DNA of 64,000 bases, taken from positions 150,875-214,874 of the forward strand of contig JBAWXN010000002.1 of assembly GCA_037144045.1 (NCBI GenBank), in the 5' to 3' direction. The DNA is from a bacterium. GTDB taxonomy: Bacteria; Patescibacteriota; Minisyncoccia; Phycocordibacterales; UBA1006. Shown here piece by piece: positions 9,231 through 17,860 of the stretch; the stretch's first letter is position 1; each line of letters opens with the position of its first letter. A program made the position numbers and the translations under genes. Below the pieces are notes generated by a model that had not been told where the DNA came from, did not search any database, and saw only the letters and a program-made list of their open reading frames with translations.

Positions 9231-9731
9231 ATGGCTGAAAAATCAAGGGGGGAGCATGAATATATATTGGTACTCAACGATATTCGCAGTGTCTATAATG
9301 TAGGGGCATTATTTAGGACGGCTGATGCGGTAGGGATTACTCGGATTATTATGGCGGGTTTTTCACCGACACCTATTGATCGATTTGGACGCGCGCGGAC
9401 TGATCTTGCAAAATCAGCACTTGGTGCAGAATTATCAGTTCCTTGGGAATACGTCGATGACTTGGTTGCTGTGGTGGGTGAATACAAAAACCGCGGATTT
9501 CATATTGTTGGTGTTGAACAAGATACTCGATCTATAGATTACAAGCAACTACAAAAAAATGAAAAGATGCTGTTCATTCTAGGAACTGAAACAACCGGGA
9601 TGGAAGAATCACTTCTCAGTCTCTGCAACACTATCGTAGAAATTCCTATGCAAGGTATTAAGGAATCGTTGAATGTTTCAGTTGCGGCAGGTATTGTGCT
9701 CTATCGAACACTTGATACCCCTCACCGCTAA
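9231..9731 (+). CDS. SpoU/TrmH-family RNA 2'-O-methyltransferase
   Basis: MAEKSRGEHEYILVLNDIRSVYNVGALFRTADAVG...LFILGTETTGMEESLL...IPMQGIKESLNVSVAAGIVLY is a SPOUT-fold methyltransferase signature. The ORF track starts at 9183; the ATG at 9231 is preferred. Confidence 0.75.
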   Translation: MAEKSRGEHEYILVLNDIRSVYNVGALFRTADAVGITRIIMAGFSPTPIDRFGRARTDLAKSALGAELSVPWEYVDDLVAVVGEYKNRGFHIVGVEQDTRSIDYKQLQKNEKMLFILGTETTGMEESLLSLCNTIVEIPMQGIKESLNVSVAAGIVLYRTLDTPHR

Positions 9732-9737
9732 CGCGGA

Positions 9738-9823
9738 GCTCCCCTTAGCAAGGGGAGCCAAGACTCCGACATGGTTATATCGAAGCATTGCCTCCCCTTG
9801 CTAAGGGGAGGTGGCCGTAGGCC
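9738..9823. repeat. cluster of GC-rich hairpins: gctccccttAGCaaggggagc (9738-9758), its inverted copy cctccccttGCTaaggggagg (9791-9811), and ggccgtaggcc (9813-9823)
   Basis: Read directly. The two 21-nt hairpins are reverse complements of each other and are separated by 32 nt. Neither is followed by a T-run. Confidence 0.6.
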
Positions 9824-9831
9824 GGAGGGGT

Positions 9832-10074
9832 ATGTTACAATTTAAATCTATGGATCACTTTAAAAAAGATATCACCTATTTTCTATTGTTCATGTTGTTC
9901 CTGTTTATTGCATGGGTTGCAACTGGGGGACCAGAACACGCACGACAGACCGGTTCAGATCGTGATAAATTTCAACAACCGGTGGCACCGATTAGTTCAG
10001 GTGAAACGTACGATGAATCAATAAAGGATGCGCTTCCTGTAAAGGTTCAAGTACATTCGAATTCAAATTACTAG
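9832..10074 (+). CDS. small membrane protein, hypothetical
   Basis: ORF 9811 (GTG)-10074. ATG at 9832 is preceded by ggagggg. One TM segment ITYFLLFMLFLFIAWVATGG. Confidence 0.4.
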   Translation: MLQFKSMDHFKKDITYFLLFMLFLFIAWVATGGPEHARQTGSDRDKFQQPVAPISSGETYDESIKDALPVKVQVHSNSNY

Positions 10075-10105
10075 TCGTAATAAAAAATTCCCACGGGAAT
10101 TTTTT
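10066..10105. terminator. bidirectional rho-independent terminator (perfect 40-nt palindrome)
   Basis: gtcgtaataaaaaattcccacgggaattttttattacgac lies between the convergent small ORF and ruvA. Confidence 0.7.
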
Positions 10106-10106
10106 A

Positions 10107-10673
10107 TTACGACTGATTACTTAATATTCTGAGCGACTCACGAATTTTGGTTTGCGTATCAAGACTCGAATCGAGTGAACGGAGCGTCTCGCGTGCTTGT
10201 GATTCTGAATAACCCAATGCAATGAGTGCATCAATAACATCGCGTGATGATGAATCGTCTGCAGTGATGTCATGCGCAGGAAGCTTGTCGCGTAATTCAA
10301 GAATTATTTTTTCAGCGGTTTTTTTACCGATACCAGAAATTTTAGTAAGGTAGCCCACATCGTTTGTATGCACGGCACGCGCAATGGTTCCGATCGTTGC
10401 AACATTCATGACACCGAGCGCTGAACGGGGACCAATTCCTGAAACATTTAACAAGAGTTCAAAAAGTTCTTGATCGCGTGTTGTTTCAAATCCATAGAGT
10501 TCTTGAGCGTCTTCACGGATAATGTGACTGGTCCATAAAGTGACAGGTGCATTCAATGCGTGCTTAAGGAGTGTTTCTGCGGTAGCGAAAACACGATACG
10601 CGATTCCGTTGTTTTCGACTAAAATATAGCGGTCGGTACTGGCGATAATTATTCCTGAGATACGCGCAATCAT
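10107..10673 (-). CDS. ruvA: Holliday junction DNA helicase subunit RuvA
   Basis: MIARISGIII...LFELLLNVSGIGPRSALGVM...LTKISGIGKKTAEKIILELRDKL has the RuvA HhH motifs. The longest ORF starts at 10694; the start at MIARISG is preferred. Confidence 0.85.
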   Translation of the reverse strand: MIARISGIIIASTDRYILVENNGIAYRVFATAETLLKHALNAPVTLWTSHIIREDAQELYGFETTRDQELFELLLNVSGIGPRSALGVMNVATIGTIARAVHTNDVGYLTKISGIGKKTAEKIILELRDKLPAHDITADDSSSRDVIDALIALGYSESQARETLRSLDSSLDTQTKIRESLRILSNQS

Positions 10674-10722
10674 GGGATGAGTATACCACTGCACATACCA
10701 TCCCTGAAAGAGGGGAAGTACC

Positions 10723-10750
10723 TTGCAAAATATATAATATGTGCTAAGAT
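10723..10750 (+). promoter_or_regulatory. sigma70-like promoter for rpsT: TTGCAA -35, 16-nt spacer, TGcTAAGAT extended -10; predicted transcript is leaderless or nearly so
   Basis: ccTTGCAAaatatataatatgtgcTAAGATaatcccatatATG; the rpsT ATG is at 10761, about 10 nt after the -10 box. Confidence 0.5.
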
Positions 10751-10760
10751 AATCCCATAT

Positions 10761-11021
10761 ATGCCAAATCTACAGAATGCAAAAAAAGCGCTTCGCGTGT
10801 CAGATCGAAAACGAGTATTGAACGATAAACGACGCAAAGCAGTAAAAGAAACCATCAAAACTGCAAAATCAATTGTTGGAGCTGATAAAAAAGTTGTTGT
10901 TGAAACACTTGCTAAAGCATACCAAGCAATCGATAAGGCAGCTAAGCGTGGCATTATCAAGAAAAACACTGCAAACCGACGTAAAGCTCGACTTGCAAAA
11001 TCATTGAAACCAACAAAATAG
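10761..11021 (+). CDS. rpsT: 30S ribosomal protein S20
   Basis: MPNLQNAKKALRVSDRKRVLNDKRRKAVKETIKTAK... is a typical S20. The ORF track starts upstream at 10677; the ATG at 10761 matches the S20 N-terminus. Confidence 0.85.
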   Translation: MPNLQNAKKALRVSDRKRVLNDKRRKAVKETIKTAKSIVGADKKVVVETLAKAYQAIDKAAKRGIIKKNTANRRKARLAKSLKPTK

Positions 11022-11075
11022 TCACCGTAAGGTGCTTTTTGTTTGCTTGAATGGGAGTGTTATACTTACTTTATT

Positions 11076-11357
11076 ATGAGTCAAAAACTATTTTTCTACG
11101 GAACTGATTGTCCCCACTGCGAAGCGATGCGACCGCTTATGGCGAAGCTTTCTTTTGATGAGGGAATTATCCTCGATGAACGTGATATTTGGAAAAACCA
11201 AGCAGATTTTAGACTATATGAAAACTATCAAAATGCAGTTATGAAAAAAGACCCTGAATGTGCCGGACTTCCTTTTTTTTATGATCCGAAAACTAAGGCA
11301 TATTTGTGCGGGGAAGTTTCTTATAAGGAATTAAAAGCGTGGGCTGTGCTAGAATAA
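11076..11357 (+). CDS. thioredoxin-fold protein, glutaredoxin-like (CPHC active site)
   Basis: MSQKLFFYGTDCPHCEAMRPLMAKL... has a CxxC motif in the position typical of Grx/NrdH-like proteins. Confidence 0.55.
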   Translation: MSQKLFFYGTDCPHCEAMRPLMAKLSFDEGIILDERDIWKNQADFRLYENYQNAVMKKDPECAGLPFFYDPKTKAYLCGEVSYKELKAWAVLE

Positions 11358-11361
11358 TACT

Positions 11362-11976
11362 ATGGAAACAGGTCAAGAAATTATTAGGCATATTAGCACG
11401 TTGTCTTATGTAGGAATTTTCGGAATTTCTTTTATAGCAAATGTCTTAGTTCCCGTCCCTGAAGAAGTAGTCATACTCGCGATGGGGTACGTTGCGGGAA
11501 CGGGTGTAATAAATTTTTGGATAACCCTAGGAGTGGTTATTGTAGGTTCATTACTTTCTGATATGGGAATGTTCTGGTTGTCGCGCCATGATAATAAATG
11601 GGTGAAAGGATTTTATACAAAAATATTTTCTCGTGTGTTCCCCGTTGATCATGAATTTTTAGTACAACACAGTAGTAAGGTTATCTTTCTTGCACGGTTC
11701 TTGGTACAACTGCGATTCCTTGGGCCATTTATTGCGGGACAAGTGAAGGTGTCTTGGAAAAAGTTTATCGCGTATGACCTTGCAGCGCTCTTAATATATA
11801 TGCCGGCACTTATGTGGGCAGGTCACTATTTTGCAAAACGAATTGATAGTGTGTTCGATGGGGTAAATCAGGTAAAGAATATCGTTATTGTTATCGCAGG
11901 AATTATGATTCTCTGGTCGTTCACAAAAATGGTTCGAGATTACTTCCTTAAAGTAGTTAAAAAGCCTGAAAAATAA
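11362..11976 (+). CDS. DedA-family (VTT domain) membrane protein
   Basis: Multi-TM with LARFLVQLRFLGPFIAGQV, the DedA-like G/R-containing motif. Confidence 0.55.
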   Translation: METGQEIIRHISTLSYVGIFGISFIANVLVPVPEEVVILAMGYVAGTGVINFWITLGVVIVGSLLSDMGMFWLSRHDNKWVKGFYTKIFSRVFPVDHEFLVQHSSKVIFLARFLVQLRFLGPFIAGQVKVSWKKFIAYDLAALLIYMPALMWAGHYFAKRIDSVFDGVNQVKNIVIVIAGIMILWSFTKMVRDYFLKVVKKPEK

Positions 11977-11977
11977 A

Positions 11978-12004
11978 AACACCTCGTAGGGTGTTTTTTG
12001 TACA
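11978..12004 (+). terminator. rho-independent terminator
   Basis: aaacacctcgtagggtgttttttg. Confidence 0.6.
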
Positions 12005-12052
12005 AGAATTGACTTATTTACAATTATATTGTAATATATAAAAAAACTGAAT

Positions 12053-12958
12053 ATGAAATTTCTAAAGGCACTTAAGAATTTATTCAAAATTGCGCTTATA
12101 GCTTTTGCGTTTATTGCTTCGAAATATTTAGCGCGATTCCTTGGATGGCTTAAGTCAGGAACGGTTATTTATAGAGAAAAACATTTATGCACGCCGGTTG
12201 TCCATTTAGTACATCCCAAAACAAAAAGGAGGATTATCCTAATGGGTATGATGCATGTGGGTGACCCGGAATATTTTCAAGAGCTTCAGCACGTACTCAA
12301 TACCCTTAAAGAGTATCGCGTACTCTATGAAGGTATTGGAACAATTAATGCAGAACAAAAACTACTGTTTTCTGAAAAAGAGCAAGAAATTTTTAATGCT
12401 ATGGAAAAGAGTATGTCTGACCGTAATATCATGAGTGCGTTCTTACGCCTTCAAGGACAGCGAGACGGATTGAACTATGAGGCTTCTTGGATAAGGACTG
12501 ACATGAGTCAATTCGACCTTATTCGAGCCATGGCTGCAAAGGGGTTGGGTTGGACGAAAGCGCCAAAGTTTCCAGGTGTTAATGAGAAGATTGAATCGCT
12601 CATAGTAACCTGGCTACTTAATGCACTATTGATTCGCATGCAGGTCTTGTTTCTTTTTCTAAAATTATTCCATTTTGGCAAAGAAGAAAAAGCAGCCCTC
12701 CAGGATATCATTATCACTGAACGTAATAAGATTGCCGTGGATGGTATTCTGGAACATGTTCAGCATGATCATGTTGTTTCCATTTGGGGTGCTGCGCATT
12801 TACCAGGAATGATTAGCTTGCTGAATAAACAAGGATATCGTGAACAAGAACGTACCTGGTTTAAAGCATATCGCGACCGTAATGAGTACGGCAAGCAGAT
12901 CCTTGATGAGATTATTGCGCAATCAAAAACACGTGAAAAGGCAAAACAAAAAAATTAA
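12053..12958 (+). CDS. TraB/GumN (Tiki/PrgY superfamily) protein with N-terminal TM
   Basis: MGMMHVGDPEYF... and ...SIWGAAHLPGM match the GTxHVG and GAAHL motifs of TraB/GumN-family proteins. Confidence 0.55.
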   Translation: MKFLKALKNLFKIALIAFAFIASKYLARFLGWLKSGTVIYREKHLCTPVVHLVHPKTKRRIILMGMMHVGDPEYFQELQHVLNTLKEYRVLYEGIGTINAEQKLLFSEKEQEIFNAMEKSMSDRNIMSAFLRLQGQRDGLNYEASWIRTDMSQFDLIRAMAAKGLGWTKAPKFPGVNEKIESLIVTWLLNALLIRMQVLFLFLKLFHFGKEEKAALQDIIITERNKIAVDGILEHVQHDHVVSIWGAAHLPGMISLLNKQGYREQERTWFKAYRDRNEYGKQILDEIIAQSKTREKAKQKN

Positions 12959-13033
12959 TACTTACTGTTGGTAACAACAAAAAACCTATTCGCAAGAATA
13001 GGTTTTTTATGTGCGGGGTTATGAATGGTTTTG

Positions 13034-13105
13034 TGACCTCGCCAGGAATCGAACCTGGATCACCAGTACCGCAAACTGATATTCTATCCGTTGAACTACG
13101 AGGTC
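13034..13105 (-). tRNA. tRNA-Arg (anticodon read as GCG by manual folding; isotype needs confirmation)
   Basis: Reverse complement: acceptor gacctcg/cgaggtc, D-arm gttc-aacggata-gaat, anticodon stem tcagt/actgg with loop ttgcggt, T-arm ccagg-ttcgatt-cctgg. No CCA. Confidence 0.65.
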
Positions 13106-13164
13106 AAAGCGTTATAAACGCTTGTGTAGATTACTATAAAAACCGCCTTTTATCAAGCAGTTTT

Positions 13165-13728
13165 TTATAACCCAAAGCTTTGCGCCAAGGTATCAATCAG
13201 GGTTGGTTTGGTTTCTTTTTCCTCGATTTTTTCAAGGAGGTAACTACGAATATCGGTCGCAGGAATGGTATCAGGGAGCGAGATAATTCGTTGTGGAAGT
13301 ACCTTACGTCCTGTAACAATCATAATTTGGTTTTTGTCATTATGATCCTTGAACATCCAGAACGATTGAATCGTTTCATAAATGTAGAGGTCCTTGTTAA
13401 GTTTGATGCCTCGTTCTGAAATTTCTACAACTACGGGTTCTGGTTTATCATTTGCAAACATAGCAAGCATTGCACCCCCGAGCAAGAGCAGTACCGCAAG
13501 GAGGTAGTTTTTAGAAATAACCGCAATAATAACACCGGTCACAATAATGATACCGAGCCCCCAATACCAGTCGGTAGTTTTTTCAAGGTGTTCATGTTCG
13601 GTACCTTCCCAAGTAAATTGTTTTGTTTGGTCATGAATCATGTTGACAGTATACGCCATTTTAAGCTTATGAGGAATAGCTTTTTTCTGTGGATAAGACC
13701 CGGGTGCGTTCATGGTACAATAGGTCAT
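13165..13728 (-). CDS. hypothetical membrane protein
   Basis: 187-aa ORF with two hydrophobic segments; no recognisable motif. Confidence 0.5.
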   Translation of the reverse strand: MTYCTMNAPGSYPQKKAIPHKLKMAYTVNMIHDQTKQFTWEGTEHEHLEKTTDWYWGLGIIIVTGVIIAVISKNYLLAVLLLLGGAMLAMFANDKPEPVVVEISERGIKLNKDLYIYETIQSFWMFKDHNDKNQIMIVTGRKVLPQRIISLPDTIPATDIRSYLLEKIEEKETKPTLIDTLAQSFGL

Positions 13729-13820
13729 GAGCAGGGTATACGGTTTATGACGACACCCTGTTCATTCTTTTATAATTAACGTATATCCCTTATTAGACTT
13801 TAATTAACGTAAATATTATT

Positions 13821-14249
13821 ATGCGAAAAAAGGTATTTATTACCGGAAGTTTACTCGCACTGTTTCTCCTTATTTCTTCAAGTACCGCATTTGCTCAGAG
13901 TCTCCAGTTAAGTTCAGACGAAGTTGCAACGATTAAAACAGAAATTCATTCAGGTAAACCCATCAAAGACGTACTTAAAGATCATAATATTAGTATGCAT
14001 CAAATTCGTACAGCGCTTGGATCTACAGGAATTGGAAAACATCGCACGAAACTTTCGAACACACAAATCTCGACGATTGCTGCTCGGCTCGGACTGGATG
14101 CTACACAAGTTCAATCTGAAATTGATGCAGGTAAATCATTACCAGAAATTCTTACAGCTCACAATATTACCCAGGACCAAATTCGACAAGTATTTGGTGA
14201 GATTACTGGCGTAAAACACGGAATCAAGAAATATAAAAACCACCTCTAG
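13821..14249 (+). CDS. small secreted protein with two internal about-45-aa repeats
   Basis: Signal peptide MRKKVFITGSLLALFLLISSSTAFA. Repeats ...KDHNISMHQIRTALG / ...TAHNITQDQIRQVFG. Confidence 0.55.
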   Translation: MRKKVFITGSLLALFLLISSSTAFAQSLQLSSDEVATIKTEIHSGKPIKDVLKDHNISMHQIRTALGSTGIGKHRTKLSNTQISTIAARLGLDATQVQSEIDAGKSLPEILTAHNITQDQIRQVFGEITGVKHGIKKYKNHL

Positions 14250-14260
14250 GTGGTTTTTAT
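14234..14260. terminator. bidirectional rho-independent terminator
   Basis: aaaaaccacctctaggtggttttt between convergent genes. Confidence 0.7.
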
Positions 14261-14264
14261 ATAA

Positions 14265-14843
14265 TTAAATTTTTCCTACAAGGTCCATTCCAGGGGTAAG
14301 AGTATTATCACCCGGTTCCCATGATGCGGGACATACATTGAGTTCGCCGTGCTCAAAGACATATTTCGCAGCGCGCAATTTTCGTAATAGTTCTTTACTG
14401 TTACGTCCAATTGAGTTGTCATTAATTTCAGCTGCAACTATTTTACCATCTGGATTTACGATAAATGATCCCCGCAACGCAAGTCCTTCTTGGGGAAGAT
14501 ATACTCCGAATAATTGCGATAATTCACCGGTTGGATCTGCAACCATAGGGAACTGGATCTTAGCAATAGCTGGCGAATGATCGTGCCATGCTTTGTGTAC
14601 GAATACCGTGTCAGTACTCACGCTGAAAATCTCGGCGTTTTCTTTTTGAAAATCTGCATACAGGTGCGCGAGTTCTTCAAGCTCTGTTGGACATACGAAC
14701 GTAAAGTCAGCGGGGTAGAAGAAGAATATTTTCCACTTACCAGCGTAATCCGATGTGGAATACGTAACGTCTTTATCATTGTGGTACGTGTGTAGGGTAA
14801 GTTCCGGAATAATTGATCCGATCGAAAGGTGTTTTGTTTCCAT
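14265..14843 (-). CDS. peroxiredoxin (AhpC/TSA family, typical 2-Cys)
   Basis: FFFYPADFTFVCPTELEELAHLY...VFVHKAWHD is the peroxidatic-Cys motif FTFVCPTE. Confidence 0.85.
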   Translation of the reverse strand: METKHLSIGSIIPELTLHTYHNDKDVTYSTSDYAGKWKIFFFYPADFTFVCPTELEELAHLYADFQKENAEIFSVSTDTVFVHKAWHDHSPAIAKIQFPMVADPTGELSQLFGVYLPQEGLALRGSFIVNPDGKIVAAEINDNSIGRNSKELLRKLRAAKYVFEHGELNVCPASWEPGDNTLTPGMDLVGKI

Positions 14844-14902
14844 AGAACTGTAGTATACCCAAACAAGGCTTTGATATCAAAGGATTTACTCATAAAAGAG
14901 GG

Positions 14903-14931
14903 TTGACTTTTTTAAAAAATGGTTTATAATA
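14903..14931 (+). promoter_or_regulatory. sigma70-like promoter (TTGACT-17-TATAAT) for the AAA+/vWA operon
   Basis: ggTTGACTtttttaaaaaatggttTATAATattac; the ATG at 14948 gives a leader of only about 10 nt. Confidence 0.5.
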
Positions 14932-14947
14932 TTACAAAACATATTCT

Positions 14948-16249
14948 ATGACAAAACAAGCAGTCGGAACACGACTCGACCTTCCCGCACTTAAAAGTGC
15001 GGTGAAGCAGGTAAATGATTATTTCGATGAGATCAAAAAAATCTATGTTGGCAGAGACCACGTGATTGACCTCATCAAATACGCGATGCTACAAAAATCG
15101 CACCTACTATTTTTTGGAAATCCAGGAACGGCAAAGACCGCAATCGGAGATTCAGTATTCGCCGGCATTGCCTCGAGTACAACATTTAATGTACAGCTGA
15201 CCGCATTTATGGCGGAAGACGGTATTTTTGGTGCCTACAACATGAAGAAGATTCGTGAAGAAGGTGTATTGGAACACAATACAGCAGGAATGCTGCCCGA
15301 TGCTAATATGGCAAACCTTGATGAATTTTTGGATGCAAATCCAGCAGTGCTTCGTTCTATGCTTTCCGCACTTAACGAGCGCAGAATGATAAAAGGTCGC
15401 CAAGTGTTAGAAATGCCACTACACATTGCGTACTGTTCAAGTAATGTAGATCCTTTCTTGTTTTTAAGGAGGAATCCACAAGCATGGGCGGTATTTGATC
15501 GTATTGGTTTCATTGGTCGTATTGGTTACCTGGAACAAGCGGATGATGTTACAGAAATGGTAAAGCGTTTTCAAAACCGTACATCAACCACTCCAAAGGG
15601 GCGGCTTGAATTAGCTACACTTAATTCAATATGTGATTACGTACTTATGCCGCCAACATTAATTCAGGATGAACTGATTTATATGAAATATGGTGAAGCA
15701 ATTATTGAGTATCGTAAAGCACGTAAAGAAAAACTTGGTGAATTCGAGCAGGCCGCAACCCAATCAAGTAAAGGTGAGTTTGATATCGACCTCCAAGGTA
15801 TGATTTTCAGCGACATTTCGGACAGGCGCGTTTGCTGGGGTAGTCAAATGATAGAGGTAGAGGCAATACTTAACGGACGCATACAAGCAGAGCCGGTAGA
15901 TATGAAAGCAGCTCACTATATTTTAGGTACATCAGAAGTGGAAAAACAGTTGTGGTTCGGCATTATCGATAAAAAGATAGCCGAGATTGAAGAAATGAAA
16001 AAGGATAAATTATCCGAACTTCAGTTACAGCGCCTAAATTCACTGAAAGACCAGTTCGAAAGTATTATTGATAATGGGCATGATTTAGAAACCCGTGTTA
16101 ATGGTGTTGCAACACTGATTCACCAAATGGATCAGGTGCATCCTGAAAATGCAAAAGTTAAAGAATCGTTTGATGCCCTGCGATCACGTATTGAAGAATA
16201 CCGCGGCAAGGTAAGCGAAGAATTACTGAAAGAAAAAGGTTTAAAGTAA
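14948..16249 (+). CDS. MoxR-class AAA+ ATPase, RavA-like
   Basis: Walker A FFGNPGTAKTAIGD. The segment ...GAYNMKKIREEGVLEHNTAGMLPDANMANLDEFLDANPAVLRSMLSALNERRM...PLHIAYCSSN aligns motif-by-motif with E. coli RavA (LLGPPGIAKS...[31 protein letters not shown]...PMRLLVAASN). Confidence 0.7.
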   Translation: MTKQAVGTRLDLPALKSAVKQVNDYFDEIKKIYVGRDHVIDLIKYAMLQKSHLLFFGNPGTAKTAIGDSVFAGIASSTTFNVQLTAFMAEDGIFGAYNMKKIREEGVLEHNTAGMLPDANMANLDEFLDANPAVLRSMLSALNERRMIKGRQVLEMPLHIAYCSSNVDPFLFLRRNPQAWAVFDRIGFIGRIGYLEQADDVTEMVKRFQNRTSTTPKGRLELATLNSICDYVLMPPTLIQDELIYMKYGEAIIEYRKARKEKLGEFEQAATQSSKGEFDIDLQGMIFSDISDRRVCWGSQMIEVEAILNGRIQAEPVDMKAAHYILGTSEVEKQLWFGIIDKKIAEIEEMKKDKLSELQLQRLNSLKDQFESIIDNGHDLETRVNGVATLIHQMDQVHPENAKVKESFDALRSRIEEYRGKVSEELLKEKGLK

Positions 16250-16250
16250 T

Positions 16251-17342
16251 ATGTTCGGAATTGCAGCATTGCTCGCCGCAGCAGCAGCTGCAGCGGCAGC
16301 AGCCTATTACGCGTGGTCATGGTTTCGTAGGCGTACATCAAAAAACGAAGACGGTAAACCGGAGAGTAGTCCTCCACCATCAAATCAAAATTCTTTGGAT
16401 GATGGAAGTCAGGATGAAAAAGACCAGCGGAAATCAGTAGGTGATTTATTGCAGGATTTATTACGAGACGTGCGTGATGGCAAAATCAACCTGGATTTTC
16501 TTTCTGATAAAAAAGGAGGAAATGAAGCAGGTGATCAGAGTGCGCGCCTTCCACAAAAGTACGACCCTATTGCGGATCTTTGGAAAGAGATTCGTAAAAT
16601 TGCAAAAGGGTTACAGTTTTTCGAAAGAAAAATTGCACGCATGAAAAAAGTTGGTGAAGAAGTGGTGCGTACCAATGTACCTACGGGTGATATTGAGATT
16701 AAGCCACTGCAATCGTTTAGCGAAATTCCTAAAGTGCTCAATAGTCAAATGGCGAGTGATGATGACATTTTCTACCCAATGGTGGCAGGTGGTCAGTTAC
16801 TCGTGCAGCAACCTATTGAATACCAGGGTGTTTACAAAGAGCGGTACATTCGTCAGCGTAAAACATTGCGGGTACTCGTTGATGTTTCAGGGAGTATGAA
16901 AGGTGATCGTATTGCTTGGGCAAGGTTACTCCTTACGCTCCTTGTTGAAAAAGCAAGAAAGGCATTCGCTGATTACCTTCTTACAACCTTTACCAAAGTT
17001 CCCGGACAGCCGGTAAAAGCAGACCCAGCCGAATCAGCTACGTTTAAAGAGGTACTTGATTATATTGAGCACCATGTTCGGGCTGATGGTGGGACAGATA
17101 TCAGCGCAGCACTACTCAACGAACTTAACCTTATTGAACAAGAAAACAAAGAGGAAAAGATGGAGCAGAGTGCGCAAATTGTTTTGATTACGGACGGTAA
17201 TGACAAGATTGACGCTCGAAGTATTCAAAAACGTATGGAAGCCCTTAAAGTGGAATTACATACTGTTGTTTTGGGACAACGTCATGATGGTCTGAAGTCT
17301 ATCTCGAAAGAGTATTATTATTTAGATATTGCAGAAATGTAA
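16251..17342 (+). CDS. von Willebrand factor A (vWA) domain protein, ViaA-like partner of the AAA+ ATPase
   Basis: MIDAS-type motif VLVDVSGSMKGDRIAW...IVLITDGND in the C-terminal half. Starts 2 nt after the AAA+ gene stop. N-terminal Ala-run and acidic linker. Confidence 0.7.
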   Translation: MFGIAALLAAAAAAAAAAYYAWSWFRRRTSKNEDGKPESSPPPSNQNSLDDGSQDEKDQRKSVGDLLQDLLRDVRDGKINLDFLSDKKGGNEAGDQSARLPQKYDPIADLWKEIRKIAKGLQFFERKIARMKKVGEEVVRTNVPTGDIEIKPLQSFSEIPKVLNSQMASDDDIFYPMVAGGQLLVQQPIEYQGVYKERYIRQRKTLRVLVDVSGSMKGDRIAWARLLLTLLVEKARKAFADYLLTTFTKVPGQPVKADPAESATFKEVLDYIEHHVRADGGTDISAALLNELNLIEQENKEEKMEQSAQIVLITDGNDKIDARSIQKRMEALKVELHTVVLGQRHDGLKSISKEYYYLDIAEM

Positions 17343-17398
17343 TTTCTGAACCCTTTGCGCAAGCAAAGGGTTTTTTATGTGTTATTATTGAACCATCT

Positions 17399-17809
17399 AT
17401 GGAAATTATTAAAAAAACAATCGGTAATATGTTTGGTGGTAAGGCGGTGTTAATAAAGTTAGGAGAAACACTGTTAGCGGCAGTAATGTTTTGCGGAGTG
17501 ATGTACTTTGCATTCGAAGCGGTAATTGTTTTCTCTACAAAAGACTGGTCTAGCCTCACAACAATATACGAATTAATTACTACTGTTTTAGCACTATTAC
17601 TAGCATTCGAAGTGGTGCGACTTATTATGGTTCACAGTATCATTGTGGTTATTGAACTACTCCTGTTAGTAATTGCAAGAAAGATGCTCTATCCTGATAT
17701 TCATTCAGCAGAGCTTATTTACTACACCATTGCGTTTGCAATAATTATTGCGGTGTATTATTTGTACGAATTAAAACCGTTAAAATCACTGGAAGACCTC
17801 ACTAAATAA
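17399..17809 (+). CDS. hypothetical membrane protein
   Basis: 136 aa with 3-4 TM segments. Confidence 0.45.
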   Translation: MEIIKKTIGNMFGGKAVLIKLGETLLAAVMFCGVMYFAFEAVIVFSTKDWSSLTTIYELITTVLALLLAFEVVRLIMVHSIIVVIELLLLVIARKMLYPDIHSAELIYYTIAFAIIIAVYYLYELKPLKSLEDLTK

Positions 17810-17860
17810 TACCCAAAACATAACATCATGCTTACCATGGGAACATGATATACTTATCCT

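Noticed and set aside
15152-15513. Minus-strand ORFs inside the AAA+ ATPase gene
   Set aside because: They are antisense to a gene with clear Walker A and RavA-like motifs.
16251-16320. Poly-Ala-encoding tract (gcagcagcagctgcagcggcagcagcc) as a simple-sequence repeat
   Set aside because: It is in frame within the vWA gene N-terminus (AALLAAAAAAAAAAYYAW), which is most likely a hydrophobic segment of the protein rather than a standalone repeat feature.
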